Below are positions 20,073 to 31,488 of a stretch of 52,243 nucleotides of DNA, piece by piece. A program made the translations under genes and the position numbers. The notes under the pieces were generated by a model. It was not told the DNA's origin. It made no database searches and saw only the letters and a program-made list of their open reading frames with translations. Position 1 is the stretch's first letter; every line of letters starts with the position of its first letter. This DNA comes from Barthelona sp. PAP020 (lineage: Eukaryota): positions 1 through 52,243 of the forward strand of contig JARQWU010000006.1 of NCBI GenBank assembly GCA_040182905.1, in the 5' to 3' direction.

Positions 20073-21632
20073 TTACTCTTTTTTTGATGCAATTCTTTCA
20101 CTTTTACATAATTCCCAATGACCAATACCATTTTCATCAATTTTAAACACACCACAACACCAATTTAGGGTATAATCCATGAAAGTGTGATGAACCCCAT
20201 CATATTTGAAAATGGCACTCTCAACTACAGATTCATTGGTACTATCACTTTCTTTTGAAACCATATTTTCAACTTGACTATTTAAAAATACAACTGTTGG
20301 AATGTCTTCTAAAATGCCATTCGAAACAAAGGCTTGACCCGTGAAATAATCTAAATGCTCCACAATACCTTCTTTTGCAATTTCTAAAAGTGCTTTAATT
20401 TGTCGTCCTGTGAACATCAAAACATTTGAGGCAAATTTATTACAATTATCTGTTTGCAAACAACCATTTATAAACCCAACAATACAACTATCTTGAGAGA
20501 TAATAGGTTTAATAAATCTGGGTTGTTGTGGTCCAATAACAGCCACAGGATAAAGTTGATCATCAGCAAAATCTATAATAAAACTACCAACTTCAAGATT
20601 AATTTTTTTCATTCTTTCAACCAAATCATTAAAGAACCCTTCATCACGAACAAAATCATTCAAATGAGGTATACCACACACTCCTAATTCAAGAGCATCA
20701 AAATCATCAACAACGTCATCATAAAAACTTTCCCAACCTTCCAATTTACTCATTTCTTTACTTAATTCAATAATGAATTCATCACACTTTTGTTGAAAGA
20801 AAAAATCTCTATTTTCATTCTCATCTTCGAATTTAAAGATCTCCTTACAATCAAATTCAAATATATTTGAATTAAACTCTTGCAAATTCACATATAATCT
20901 GGGAACATTTGGTTTAGCATCAAATATCAACAAATTAAAGGGTGATACCAACAAAGAAGTCCCAATTATAAAAACCAAATCACTTTCATTAACATCTGTG
21001 GGTGCTTTAAAAAATGTCTCTGGCAACGGTTCACCGTAAAAAACAATGTCAGGTTTAATTAAAGATCCACATTTTGAACAAACACAAGGCAAAATATTAT
21101 CAATACCCGTATTTTTAACCACTAAATTGGACACTTGTCGATGACATTGAATACAAGAAGTGGTAGCAAAGCCTCCATGTGCATTAATTATTTTGTCATC
21201 AGGAATATTAGAACATCTTTCCAAACAATCAATATTTTGGGTTATGATACGACGCAAAATACCACGTTTTTGCAAATTAGATATAAACATATGAGTTAAA
21301 GTCGGTTTAAAGTTCCCAGGTAATAAGGTCTCAGACAATTTCCAAAATGGAAAAGGATTTTCTTCAAAAAAACCAATTTCAAAGGCTTGTTCGGGATATT
21401 CTAATCCCAAATGTTCCAAATTATCAAATAATCCAGTCCCGGGTGAACGAAAATCGGGAATTCCAGCTGAAACACTAACTCCAGCTCCAAGTAAAAATGT
21501 GATATTTTTGCATTGTATAATATACTCAGCCAAAGTTTTCAATGAACGGTCAGGCAAAACCTTGCAAGGGACAGCATTCGGTGATAATTTTTCAATCATT
21601 GTTTCAATAACGTTTCTAATCAAGTTTTGCAT
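20073..21632 (-). CDS. Sir2-family NAD-dependent deacylase (class I, SIRT2/3-like) with a ~200-aa C-terminal extension
   Basis: GAGVSVSAGIPDFRSP, TQNID, AHG, two CxxC, KPDIVFYGE and GTSL. First ATG at 21632. Confidence 0.92.
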   Translation of the reverse strand: MQNLIRNVIETMIEKLSPNAVPCKVLPDRSLKTLAEYIIQCKNITFLLGAGVSVSAGIPDFRSPGTGLFDNLEHLGLEYPEQAFEIGFFEENPFPFWKLSETLLPGNFKPTLTHMFISNLQKRGILRRIITQNIDCLERCSNIPDDKIINAHGGFATTSCIQCHRQVSNLVVKNTGIDNILPCVCSKCGSLIKPDIVFYGEPLPETFFKAPTDVNESDLVFIIGTSLLVSPFNLLIFDAKPNVPRLYVNLQEFNSNIFEFDCKEIFKFEDENENRDFFFQQKCDEFIIELSKEMSKLEGWESFYDDVVDDFDALELGVCGIPHLNDFVRDEGFFNDLVERMKKINLEVGSFIIDFADDQLYPVAVIGPQQPRFIKPIISQDSCIVGFINGCLQTDNCNKFASNVLMFTGRQIKALLEIAKEGIVEHLDYFTGQAFVSNGILEDIPTVVFLNSQVENMVSKESDSTNESVVESAIFKYDGVHHTFMDYTLNWCCGVFKIDENGIGHWELCKSERIASKKE

Positions 21633-22097
21633 AAACAAAAAAAGGACTTTTTCAATTTCAACAAAAAAAATCAAAAAAACGATTTGTTAAGCACTTATTT
21701 TTTGCTTTTATTTGACACTAGATTGATTGTGTTTTGAGTAAAATGCACGAACAAGGTAAAATACCTGATATTTGGGTTTTGAATTGCCTTTTTTCTTCAA
21801 ACATTTCATTTTTTTTCTTTTGATCATCAATTTTTATTGCACATAATCCCGAAAAATACATATTTCAAACAACCAGAATAGAAATAAATAGATCATTTTT
21901 CTATTTTCACTCAATCCTTCCTGTTTCTTTAAAATTGACAAATTAAGCACATTATTCCAATTTATTTTCTTTTTGTCTTTAAAATATCGAATTTTTTTGG
22001 TCCAATAAAGCAAAATTACCATAACAAGTTGAATTACAGACTTTATTTAAAAAAATGCAAACGGATATTTTTTTTTTTTTACATTTCTTGTAGATCA

Positions 22098-23501
22098 ATG
22101 AAGAATGATTTAATATTTATACTATTTATAGTATTTATGTTATTTAATAGGATTAGTTCCTTTGAATTTGATGATGAATATTATGAAAAAAAATTTGTTG
22201 ACTTTAAAGATAGATGTAATCGTATTTATTCTTCCGTTGAAGAAGAAGAAACTAGATTTTTAAATTTCAAGAGACATATTGACAAATACGAACTTTTAAA
22301 ATTATCTACAGATGTTGACACTACAGTTCAAATTTCTTGTTATATTGGTGATAAGAGTGTTTCTGAATTGGGTATATTTAATAAAAATAGACTTCTAACT
22401 GTTCCTGATGAAAAAACCGACGAGTTTATGGATGAACTTGACGATGGAAAATGTTATGATGGAAATTATGGTTTGTATGGATGTTCCTATTTTCCTGTTT
22501 CAAAAAGTTATTTATCTTCTATTGATTATACTTCAATATTACCTGAAATTCCCATAGTGAACCAAGCATCATGTGGTTCTTGCTATATTTTCTCCTCCAC
22601 CTATATATTGGAAGCACAGTTGCAAAGAATTACAAATAGAACATTGAAATTATCGGAACAACATTCTTTGAATTGCTATTATACTGGGGATGGTTGTGAT
22701 GGTGGAGATCCTTTATTGTTGTTTGCTATGTCTGTATCTTCCAAAAGCAATTTCAGTTTTTGGCCTGATTTAATGAGTCCTTATCGTGCATCTGGCGATA
22801 CTTGCATGAATGATGCTGTTCAGACTAATTTTTCGATAAATCCAAGTTGTTTCGGATTTGTTGGTTCAAAATTAAAAGCAAGAGGTATTATTTATCAATT
22901 GGAATCCAATACTGTTGAGGAAGTAAAGAGTGCTTTGTCTATTTATGGACCTTTAATTGTTAATTTAGGGTTTGATTCGTTAACATATTATAAAAATGGA
23001 ATTTGGGACATTCAATGTAAAGAAGGTGAAGGTTTTCACAGCGTTGTTTTAGTTGGCTATGGATCTGAAAATGGTGTGGAATATTGGAAGATCAGAAACT
23101 CTTGGGGTGCTGATTTTGGTGAAAATGGATATTTTAGAATTAGAATTCGTCCAGACCTAGAATCAGGACTTTGTGATTTAAGATTCAGAATTTCTTTTGC
23201 CACTTTCAATGAGAGCTACTGTAAAGCTGGGAAAATCCTTACACATCCTTGTAACAGTGAATTTGAAAACAATCCCATTGTCAATATTCATAATTATCCT
23301 TTGTATCCTTCATACAATCAATTTAATCAAAGTGAACAATTTTTGAACATCGAAAATTGCATAAAGGATGATAGCTGTGTGTCTGAATCTTTTTATGGAA
23401 CAGATTTTTATCCCACTGATTTTAATGCAAGTGGTTTTAATAGTTTTTCTGTTTCAAGCATGTTGATAATTTTATTCTTCTTACTTCAATTATTGTTTTG
23501 A
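22098..23501 (+). CDS. Papain-family (C1A) cysteine protease with signal peptide, prodomain and hydrophobic C-terminus
   Basis: NQASCGSCY, GCDGG, HSVVLVGYG and YWKIRNSWG. ERFNIN-like prodomain EEETRFLNF. Confidence 0.93.
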   Translation: MKNDLIFILFIVFMLFNRISSFEFDDEYYEKKFVDFKDRCNRIYSSVEEEETRFLNFKRHIDKYELLKLSTDVDTTVQISCYIGDKSVSELGIFNKNRLLTVPDEKTDEFMDELDDGKCYDGNYGLYGCSYFPVSKSYLSSIDYTSILPEIPIVNQASCGSCYIFSSTYILEAQLQRITNRTLKLSEQHSLNCYYTGDGCDGGDPLLLFAMSVSSKSNFSFWPDLMSPYRASGDTCMNDAVQTNFSINPSCFGFVGSKLKARGIIYQLESNTVEEVKSALSIYGPLIVNLGFDSLTYYKNGIWDIQCKEGEGFHSVVLVGYGSENGVEYWKIRNSWGADFGENGYFRIRIRPDLESGLCDLRFRISFATFNESYCKAGKILTHPCNSEFENNPIVNIHNYPLYPSYNQFNQSEQFLNIENCIKDDSCVSESFYGTDFYPTDFNASGFNSFSVSSMLIILFFLLQLLF

Positions 23502-23781
23502 AACATTTTTAAAGTTTTGTAAATCTTGTTATTTTTTTTGTCTTGAATTGTAACAATGAACTTTTTCACAAGAATTTGTGCAATACTTTTGCTACTCTCT
23601 TCAAAGAAGAAAGTTTTTGATGGATTTCAACTATCATTTCATTATTTCAATAAATGATTTGTTATGTCAAAAAGAAAAGAATAAACAATGAAAAATAAAT
23701 GCATTATTGATTAGAAATCAAAACAGACATAAAAAAAAAGAACTGAAATATTTTTTGCTGTGTTTTACAATGTCTATCTAT

Positions 23782-25728
23782 CTATGAAAAAGTAATCCAT
23801 CCACTACTATTGGTTGATTTTGAAGAATATGTGTTTGGAGAAACACTTTGATTGGAATGTTGAACAGGGGTTTGATCTAAAACTGAACTTGGTGTTAAAA
23901 CATCGTCACTACTTGAACAAGATAAGTGCTGAGAAAAGTTGTGTGGAGATATGTTGGACTGTATTGAAGGAGACACTTCAGCTTGTGGAGACATTGAAAT
24001 AGATTGTGGAGAAACACCTTCAGATTTATTGTGACTCAAAACGGAACTTGGAGAGAGAAAACCATCACTGTTTGAACTAATACTTGAGTTAATAATAGAC
24101 TTAGAAGCCAAAGTTGATGGAGATTCTGAAGAAACAACTGAAGACCTATTATTTTTTGCAATTTTATTATTTTTTGAAGCATATTGAACATCAGCAGGAG
24201 AAATTTCACTTTCAGATGTAATAGAAACTGTTTGAGGAGACAAAGTATGTGTTTGATTCAAAACAGAACTGGGAGTAGCAATAACTTCACTCATTGAGGT
24301 TAGTTGCTGAGAACTGTCATATGGAGAAATGTTTGACTTTATTGAAGGAGAAGTCAAATCTGTATCAGGAGATACAGTCATTGGTTGACTTTTATCTTTA
24401 TTTATTCTGTATTCATGGGCTAAAATATATTTCGAATGCATTTCATTTAAATTGCGTTGATGTTCAGTTTCCAAATTCCTTTTTGCAATTTCTCTTTCCA
24501 AATCATTAAATCTAATTTCATTCAAAATACCTTCTTTTTCACTAAACCATCTTTGTTCATCTTTTTCATTGCAATTTTGCAATTGTCTTAACATCACCTC
24601 TTCCTTCATCTCTAATTCTTTACGTTTTGATTCATTTTCTAAATGTAATTCTTGAGCCAATCTAATTTTTTGAAGCAACTTAAGATCCCTAAGCTCTTCC
24701 AAATTCCTTTTGTTAGAATCATAATCAACATTTTTCATCAACAATTGAAGGTCCAATGATTCTTCAAAATCTCTTTTGCTTGTTCGTTGGGAGGTTTTTT
24801 CAGCCTCTAACATCTTTTGTAAAACACCTAATTCATGTCGTATTGATTCTTTCAATCCAATTTGATGTTCTTCTTCCATAATCCTTTCTCTTTCTTTCAG
24901 ATGAAAATTGTCCAAATGCCCGGAAAAGGCAGGAAACATGGGTAAAGGCCCACTTGTTGAAAATCCACAAAAAACTTTTATTGGCACCAAATTTTTTGGT
25001 GTTCTAAGCATTAAAGCATAAGCAGTTGTTAGAACTGAATCAACATGTACAGGAATATGGTGCGCAAAAAATTCAACCATTTCATCATATGAATGAATCT
25101 TTAACAAACAATACCTTGACTCAATAAGCATAGATGCCATCACATAATATATAAAGTGAGGAGGATTGCTAATTATGTGATCAAATAACCTTAACCACTC
25201 TAATCCAGGAAAATTAGAGCTAAATATTGTTTGCAAACATTTCCAACTGTAAATTTGGGATGATACTTTCAAATTTTCAAAATGTTCCAACAGTGAAGGA
25301 CAATGAAATGACAATAATTTATTCACATACGCTAATACGTGGATTGGTGGATGTGGAGATAGCTTATACCAATCCAAACACCAATTATAAATAAAAACCA
25401 ATGAAGCCTCCAAACAATTCATCATATCATTGCCAAATAAACGCACAAATGGAAACACAATATGAGCAGTAGTTACTGCTTGTGACAAAGATTCTGAGTA
25501 ACAGGAAATGGCTGACATGATACGATTAAATCTTAGCGCAATTCTTGAATCACCAATAGGATATCTATCCAAATAATTTATTTCAACACTTCTAGAACGT
25601 TCTAAAAGTAATTGAATATTCCTGTTATTCGTCAATTGAAGTAAAAAACCATATATTGTCAATCGATGTTTTGAAGGAAATTCGTTAAATCGTTTTAATA
25701 CTGCTCGAATAGCTTCAACGGTGGCCAT
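23782..25728 (-). CDS. TBC1D31: TBC (Rab-GAP) domain protein, TBC1D31/WDR67-like, with coiled coil and Ser-rich tail
   Basis: LKRFNEFPSKHRLTIYGFLLQL, YPIGDSRI, IVFPFVRLF, NWCLDWY..PHPP and EWLRLFDHIISNPP. First ATG at 25728. Confidence 0.75.
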   Translation of the reverse strand: MATVEAIRAVLKRFNEFPSKHRLTIYGFLLQLTNNRNIQLLLERSRSVEINYLDRYPIGDSRIALRFNRIMSAISCYSESLSQAVTTAHIVFPFVRLFGNDMMNCLEASLVFIYNWCLDWYKLSPHPPIHVLAYVNKLLSFHCPSLLEHFENLKVSSQIYSWKCLQTIFSSNFPGLEWLRLFDHIISNPPHFIYYVMASMLIESRYCLLKIHSYDEMVEFFAHHIPVHVDSVLTTAYALMLRTPKNLVPIKVFCGFSTSGPLPMFPAFSGHLDNFHLKERERIMEEEHQIGLKESIRHELGVLQKMLEAEKTSQRTSKRDFEESLDLQLLMKNVDYDSNKRNLEELRDLKLLQKIRLAQELHLENESKRKELEMKEEVMLRQLQNCNEKDEQRWFSEKEGILNEIRFNDLEREIAKRNLETEHQRNLNEMHSKYILAHEYRINKDKSQPMTVSPDTDLTSPSIKSNISPYDSSQQLTSMSEVIATPSSVLNQTHTLSPQTVSITSESEISPADVQYASKNNKIAKNNRSSVVSSESPSTLASKSIINSSISSNSDGFLSPSSVLSHNKSEGVSPQSISMSPQAEVSPSIQSNISPHNFSQHLSCSSSDDVLTPSSVLDQTPVQHSNQSVSPNTYSSKSTNSSGWITFS

Positions 25729-26110
25729 TAAAAAAAAAAAAAACTCTTGAACCGCCAATTGTTTTCTCTTTTTTTTTTCATCTGTCTATTTTCTGAGATG
25801 ATTTTTATGAACCTATTGGTTGCTACACAGAATTAAGGGCAAAGTAAAAAAAAAAACAAATCAAAAAACTATTTTATTTTGCCGAATTAGCAATGAAAAA
25901 AAACTCTCACCTATCATTGTTTTGATCAATAGTGAAAAACAGCACTTAAAAAAAAAAGACACTTCAGCAAATTCATTGAAAAAATTCAAGGATTCAAGAA
26001 AAAGAAAATGGAAAATAGGTGTCCAAAAGACTGTTTTGTTTTTGTTTTTTTGTGAAATGCAAAGAAAAGAAACAAACCATTTTTTTAAAACAAAATATTT
26101 ACAAATCAAC

Positions 26111-26971
26111 TTATCCAAAAATATTCTCAAAACATTTGAAAGTATCATATCCATCACAAACATAAACTTTTTTGTTGTTTTTATCTTCTTTAAAATGACT
26201 TACATTGAAAGAATTACTTTCAGAATACGTGGAACAATCATTTGGCATGTTGAAAACATTTTTCAAATCACAAGGAACAGAAACACTTTTAATATCAAAC
26301 ATTTCATTTGCTAATAAACGTTGTGCATTACCAATTAAGATAATCTCTGTCTCATTCATCTTGTAAAAATTTTTATGTTCATTTTTTTCCAAATATGATA
26401 AAATGGAACTAATTGCATATTGGCCATTGAAAACATTACCACCAAAAACAATAAATTTATCATAATATGACCAAGAAATCTCATTAATATGAAATCTTTT
26501 TGAAAAACTATGCAAATCAATTAAAAATTCAGGCTTAATCCCATTATTTGCTATAATAAAGTTAGAATCGTCTTTGTAATAAATAGGAATGACATCGATA
26601 TCATGAAAATTACAAAATGTGATTATTTCTTTATAGACTATTGAATCAACACCATCAGCCAACCATAACCCAATTTTGTTGTTATAATTATATGTTTTTG
26701 ATTCATTAAAACTGCTCATATATCGATTTTCTACAAATATACTATCCCAAAAATCCAAAGGTGTCAAGTCATCAATTGATATTCTTTTATACATGTGATC
26801 ATGAATTTCAAATGATGAATATCCAACAAATTTCTCAAGTCCACTCATTTGATTAAATTTCGTTTTAACTTGCACAACAAATGAAATAAACAGGCATCCA
26901 ATTCCTATCATTAACAATTGAACACAAACATTTAGCTTTTGTCTGAAAAGACCAGGAGTCCGTCCACTCAT
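26111..26971 (-). CDS. Hypothetical type II membrane protein
   Basis: 286-aa ORF with one N-terminal hydrophobic segment. No motif recognised. Confidence 0.6.
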   Translation of the reverse strand: MSGRTPGLFRQKLNVCVQLLMIGIGCLFISFVVQVKTKFNQMSGLEKFVGYSSFEIHDHMYKRISIDDLTPLDFWDSIFVENRYMSSFNESKTYNYNNKIGLWLADGVDSIVYKEIITFCNFHDIDVIPIYYKDDSNFIIANNGIKPEFLIDLHSFSKRFHINEISWSYYDKFIVFGGNVFNGQYAISSILSYLEKNEHKNFYKMNETEIILIGNAQRLLANEMFDIKSVSVPCDLKNVFNMPNDCSTYSESNSFNVSHFKEDKNNKKVYVCDGYDTFKCFENIFG

Positions 26972-27131
26972 CAATAAAATAGAATTGAATTGAAGAACTT
27001 TTTTATTATTTTGATATTTTGATTTTAATAAATTGAGACTTTTTTAGAGTTGTTAAATTTAAAATTGGAATTTATTCACAACAAAAAAAAGGTTGAATTT
27101 GTATTCTTTTTTTTTCAAAAATAATGTCAAT

Positions 27132-29015
27132 ATGTTAGGATCATCTGGTTTACCCACTGAATCATTAGATATATTGATACCTACATCAAATACTTTGAAA
27201 AAATCGTCCAGTAGACCCACAAGTGGTAATGTTGAAAGAATTATTGAACGATTTGATTATTTCGAAAAATTATTCCCTGATTTACCCATTACATTGCCAT
27301 ATTTTTCACGAGATCAATTGATGAGAACCGAATCAGCAATTAAAAGATTACAAAAATGTTTGGATTTTTCAACAGAAATTGATTTCAATTTTTCTGCTTT
27401 ATCAAATAATTTGATGCCTGGTTTTGAATATGATACGGGGTCAAATGCTTTAACTGTTAAAAAACGTCTCGAAAATGTTGAAACTTATATCAACATTGTT
27501 AATGAATGCATTGAAACTGTAAAAAAATCATTAGCTTCATCAAATCGACGAAAAGCTGCAGTACAGAAGTTGAAATCGATTAGACAAGGTTCAGACCATC
27601 AATATCCTTCAATGAGTAGTCCTTTGGGTGCATCTACTGGAAAATTAGCACCAGTTCATGATTTTAATTTACCATTGTTTACCAATTCTCCTCATCAATC
27701 TTCTGCTTGTTTGGTAAGTTCAAACACTGGTACATCCAAAAATCCTGAATCAAATTCAGTAAAGTTTGAAGGTGATTTTGAGCCAACTATTTCCAGTGCT
27801 TTATCAAAAAGGAAAAGCACTTTTCAACGCACAGATGAACATCTTTTATTTAATGCTATTAAGAAAGGAAGAATCAAAGAAAGTAAAGAATTAATCATGA
27901 AATTATATCCTCTAAGATATTTTAAGGATTTTCGAAATAACAATATCATTCATTTGGCTATTAATTCTAATATGATTGAAATCCTTTCAATGGTCAGTGA
28001 AATTGTAAAGAAACCAGGTTATGAAAGTGATTTAGCGATGTTGGATGCTCAAAATGATTTTGGAGATTTTCCTTTGCATTTAGCAGTAAAAACACGAAAT
28101 GTTGACATTATTTCTTTGATTCTTCCTTTAGTTAGTGATATTAATGTTCTTGATAGTGAAAAAAATACGCCTCTACATTTAGCTGTTCATAATGTGATTG
28201 GTTTTGTTGAAGATGAGTATTTTCCGGTGTCCAATTTATTGCATATTGGGGCAGATGTAAACGCCATGAATAAATATGGTTTAACACCTTTACATTTAGC
28301 TTCACAAAAAGCAGATAATACTTGTGTTAGAGTTTTAATATCAATGGGTGCTAATGTTGATTGTCTAGCACCTCAAGGATTCTCTGCTCTACATTTTGCA
28401 GCAGAACAAGGACATTATGAAACTTGTGTTTTGCTTTTAGAAGCTGGGGCCAATCCAAATAAGCTTTCAAAGCTATTCAATACCCCTCTTCATTTGGCAG
28501 CAAGAGGTGGCAGTTATAAAATTGCAAAAGCTTTGATTGATGCTGGAGCAGAAGTTAACGCAATGGATAAATATGGTTGGACTGCATTACATGAGGCTTC
28601 AATGTTGGGTCGTACGGTTAAAAGTTTGTATGACGAATCAAATGCCTCTTTTTCCACTAGAAATAGAATCAAGGAGTATGATAAAATGAGAAAACAGAAA
28701 AAAGTTAAAAATTCTTCTGACAAAAAACAGTTTGATAAAATTATTGCTCTGTTAACCAAAAGTGGTGCTAAAATTACAGCTAGAGATAATTTTCATCATA
28801 ATCCAATGGAAATATCTCAAAGTATTCAATTAAAAACAAATTTTGGTGACTTGGCTCAGTATGAAATTATGAACATTGTCCCTCCTAAAAATTTGCATAG
28901 TATTAAAAAATCCCATAGTCTTATTCCTCCTTTATCAGCTAGATTTCTTTCCTCAACAAAAACCAATTTTCCCATTATGTCGAAAAGTTCCAATTTTATG
29001 AATTCTTCTCGATGA
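27132..29015 (+). CDS. Ankyrin-repeat protein
   Basis: About 8 repeats (TPLHLA...GADVN). First ATG at 27132. Confidence 0.9.
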   Translation: MLGSSGLPTESLDILIPTSNTLKKSSSRPTSGNVERIIERFDYFEKLFPDLPITLPYFSRDQLMRTESAIKRLQKCLDFSTEIDFNFSALSNNLMPGFEYDTGSNALTVKKRLENVETYINIVNECIETVKKSLASSNRRKAAVQKLKSIRQGSDHQYPSMSSPLGASTGKLAPVHDFNLPLFTNSPHQSSACLVSSNTGTSKNPESNSVKFEGDFEPTISSALSKRKSTFQRTDEHLLFNAIKKGRIKESKELIMKLYPLRYFKDFRNNNIIHLAINSNMIEILSMVSEIVKKPGYESDLAMLDAQNDFGDFPLHLAVKTRNVDIISLILPLVSDINVLDSEKNTPLHLAVHNVIGFVEDEYFPVSNLLHIGADVNAMNKYGLTPLHLASQKADNTCVRVLISMGANVDCLAPQGFSALHFAAEQGHYETCVLLLEAGANPNKLSKLFNTPLHLAARGGSYKIAKALIDAGAEVNAMDKYGWTALHEASMLGRTVKSLYDESNASFSTRNRIKEYDKMRKQKKVKNSSDKKQFDKIIALLTKSGAKITARDNFHHNPMEISQSIQLKTNFGDLAQYEIMNIVPPKNLHSIKKSHSLIPPLSARFLSSTKTNFPIMSKSSNFMNSSR

Positions 29016-29172
29016 TATTTTGTATTTGTAAAAATTCATTTATTTGTCTTTTTTTGTTTATATATCAATTTCATACGCTTAGTTCTTTTTCTTGTATTTT
29101 ATTTATTGAATCCTAATTAAGAATAAAAATGTAGTTGGTGAAGAAATTTTTTTCTGTTTCAGATATTTCACT

Positions 29173-31488
29173 ATGACTGATAACGACAGACCATCAGAAC
29201 CATGCAAAATATTTGTAAGAAATTTACCATTTACCATGAAAAATGAAGAATTTGAAACCATGTTTTCCAATATTGGACCTGTAAAACGAGCTTATGTCAT
29301 CAAAAATCCTGAAACTGGTGACTCAAAGGGTTTTGGTTTTGTTGAATATTCTCTTCCAGAGGATGCTGCTTCAGCAATGGAGGAATTTCAAAATAAGGAA
29401 ATTGAGGGTCGAAAATTAAAATTGGAGGGCGCCCTTCAACGACTTCGTCCAGAAAGACCAAGAGCTGGCAGAATTGTTCGTGAACAAAGGCAAGCAGATG
29501 AAGAAAGAAGAACCCAACAAAAAGTTAAAAAAAATAGTAATATTGATGAGGTTATTGAGTTAAAAGAAATTATTTCAGACAATGAAGAAGAAAGTGAAGT
29601 TGAAAGTGAAGTGGAAAGTGATGTGGAAGATGATAAAATTGAAATTGATGTTTCCAAAAAGTTAAGCGAAAATGGTGCTGAATCGTTCAAATCTAATTTT
29701 GATTGGACTAAAGATTGCAGAGGTAAAATTGTTTTATGGCCTTTCAGTGGAAGGAAACGTAAAAGCCAAGTTGTTACTTGGCTTAAGACTTTAATTGCTG
29801 AAAAGAAAGTTCCAAACATTAACATTTCTTCAATTGAATGGAATGACGGCACATGTGTTACTGGGACATGTAAAGAACTTGTCTTTAATGCTGCCAGTGA
29901 AGAAGATTGTGTTGGAATCATCAATAGCCTTCATCATATCAGTTCTCCTTTTAATACTCAACTTCTGAATTGTTGTTCATTGTTTACAAGAAGACACAGA
30001 AATTGGCGTTGTATTTTCAGAAACCTTCCCTTTTCTGCAAAAGAAAAGTCTCTTAGACAATTAGCTGTTCAATTTGGTGAAGTTCATGAAGTTTCTATTC
30101 CAATGCAAGGAACGAGAAATTTAGGTTACGGATTTGTAATTTATTCATGTCCTCAAGATGCTATAACAGCCGTAAACTCAAAGAAAGTAATTTTAGGTAA
30201 ACGAACTCTTATTGTTGATCTTTGCTTGACAAGAGAAGATTATGAAATGACCCAAAAGAATCCTGATTTGCTTGAAACAGTTGATGTGGCCCAAGATAAT
30301 TCTGTTAAAATTCCAAAAGAAAAAAAGGAAAAAAAGGCTATGCATTCACTCTTTATCACAAATTTACCTCCTTTTGTTGAAGAAACTTCATTAACAAATT
30401 TCTTTAAAGCATTTGGCAGAATTAAAGAAGTAAAAATAGTCAGAGATCCTGAAACCAAAATGTGCAAGGGATCTGCTTTCATCAGTTTCAGAAAGGAAAA
30501 ATATGTTCAAAATGTTTTAGAAGCTTCAGATACTGCACCTTTAGAATTTGAAGGTGAGCTATTGAATGTCCAAAGAACGGTAAGTCGAAAAGAATTGGCT
30601 GATATAGTCACGGAAAGGGAAAAACAAAAATTGGAAGAAGCACAGTTGGACAGTGATAAAAGAAATTTATATTTGGCTACTGAAGGTAGTCTTACTGTTG
30701 AAGAAATGGAAAGAATGGGAATGTCCAAAAAAGACATAGTCATTAGAGAAATGGCTGAATCAGTAAAGAAAAGTCAATTACAAAATACAAACACTTCCAT
30801 TTCCAAAGTAAGATTAGCTGTTAGAAATTTACCAAAAGAAGTTGATGAAAAACAATTACGTTCTTTGTTCTATGAAGCTGCAGAGATTAATATTGCAGAA
30901 ATCGCAGAAGAAATACATGAAATAGTTCCCAAAAGAGTCAAAATTGTTCAAGTGAAGATAATGCGAGACGATAGAAAGACCGATATTGATGGCAATCTAC
31001 GTTCCAGACAATTTGGTTTTGTTGAATTCACCGATCATATTCATGCTTTGTGTGCTTTAAGGCATTTGAATAATAATCCCCATGCTTTACCTTATAAACA
31101 TCGGTTATTGATAGAATTTGCCATTGATTCAGTAAGAAAATTGAAAAAATTGGATAAGACAAGAGAAATTGGAAAAATATCTCAAGAAGTGACTGAAAAA
31201 AGAGTGGTTGACAAAAAAGAAAAGAAAAAGAGGGACAAATTAAGAAAAAAAATAGCAATTTTGGAAAAACAAGGTTTATCAAAGGAAGATGCGAAAGAAA
31301 AAGCCAAAATTCAAATGAAAGAATTGGCAAAAATAAATGAAGAAAAAAATAAAAAGGATCAAAATAAAAAGGATCAAAAACGAACCAGAAGTTCATCAAA
31401 GAAAGCAAAGAGCACAAATTCTTCAAAGAAACAAGAACCGGTTTTGGAAAATGAAAGTATGCTCAAAGAAAAATTATTGGCATTATAG
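29173..31488 (+). CDS. RBM28: Nucleolar multi-RRM protein RBM28/Nop4
   Basis: Four RRMs, plus DKRNLYLATEG, RLAVRNLP, HALCALRHLNNNP and RLLIEFAID. Confidence 0.93.
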   Translation: MTDNDRPSEPCKIFVRNLPFTMKNEEFETMFSNIGPVKRAYVIKNPETGDSKGFGFVEYSLPEDAASAMEEFQNKEIEGRKLKLEGALQRLRPERPRAGRIVREQRQADEERRTQQKVKKNSNIDEVIELKEIISDNEEESEVESEVESDVEDDKIEIDVSKKLSENGAESFKSNFDWTKDCRGKIVLWPFSGRKRKSQVVTWLKTLIAEKKVPNINISSIEWNDGTCVTGTCKELVFNAASEEDCVGIINSLHHISSPFNTQLLNCCSLFTRRHRNWRCIFRNLPFSAKEKSLRQLAVQFGEVHEVSIPMQGTRNLGYGFVIYSCPQDAITAVNSKKVILGKRTLIVDLCLTREDYEMTQKNPDLLETVDVAQDNSVKIPKEKKEKKAMHSLFITNLPPFVEETSLTNFFKAFGRIKEVKIVRDPETKMCKGSAFISFRKEKYVQNVLEASDTAPLEFEGELLNVQRTVSRKELADIVTEREKQKLEEAQLDSDKRNLYLATEGSLTVEEMERMGMSKKDIVIREMAESVKKSQLQNTNTSISKVRLAVRNLPKEVDEKQLRSLFYEAAEINIAEIAEEIHEIVPKRVKIVQVKIMRDDRKTDIDGNLRSRQFGFVEFTDHIHALCALRHLNNNPHALPYKHRLLIEFAIDSVRKLKKLDKTREIGKISQEVTEKRVVDKKEKKKRDKLRKKIAILEKQGLSKEDAKEKAKIQMKELAKINEEKNKKDQNKKDQKRTRSSSKKAKSTNSSKKQEPVLENESMLKEKLLAL

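Noticed and set aside
25820..26314. ORFs 25820-26314 and 25861-26163, and other short antisense ORFs inside long genes
   Set aside because: Low-complexity A/T-run translations or shadows of real genes.
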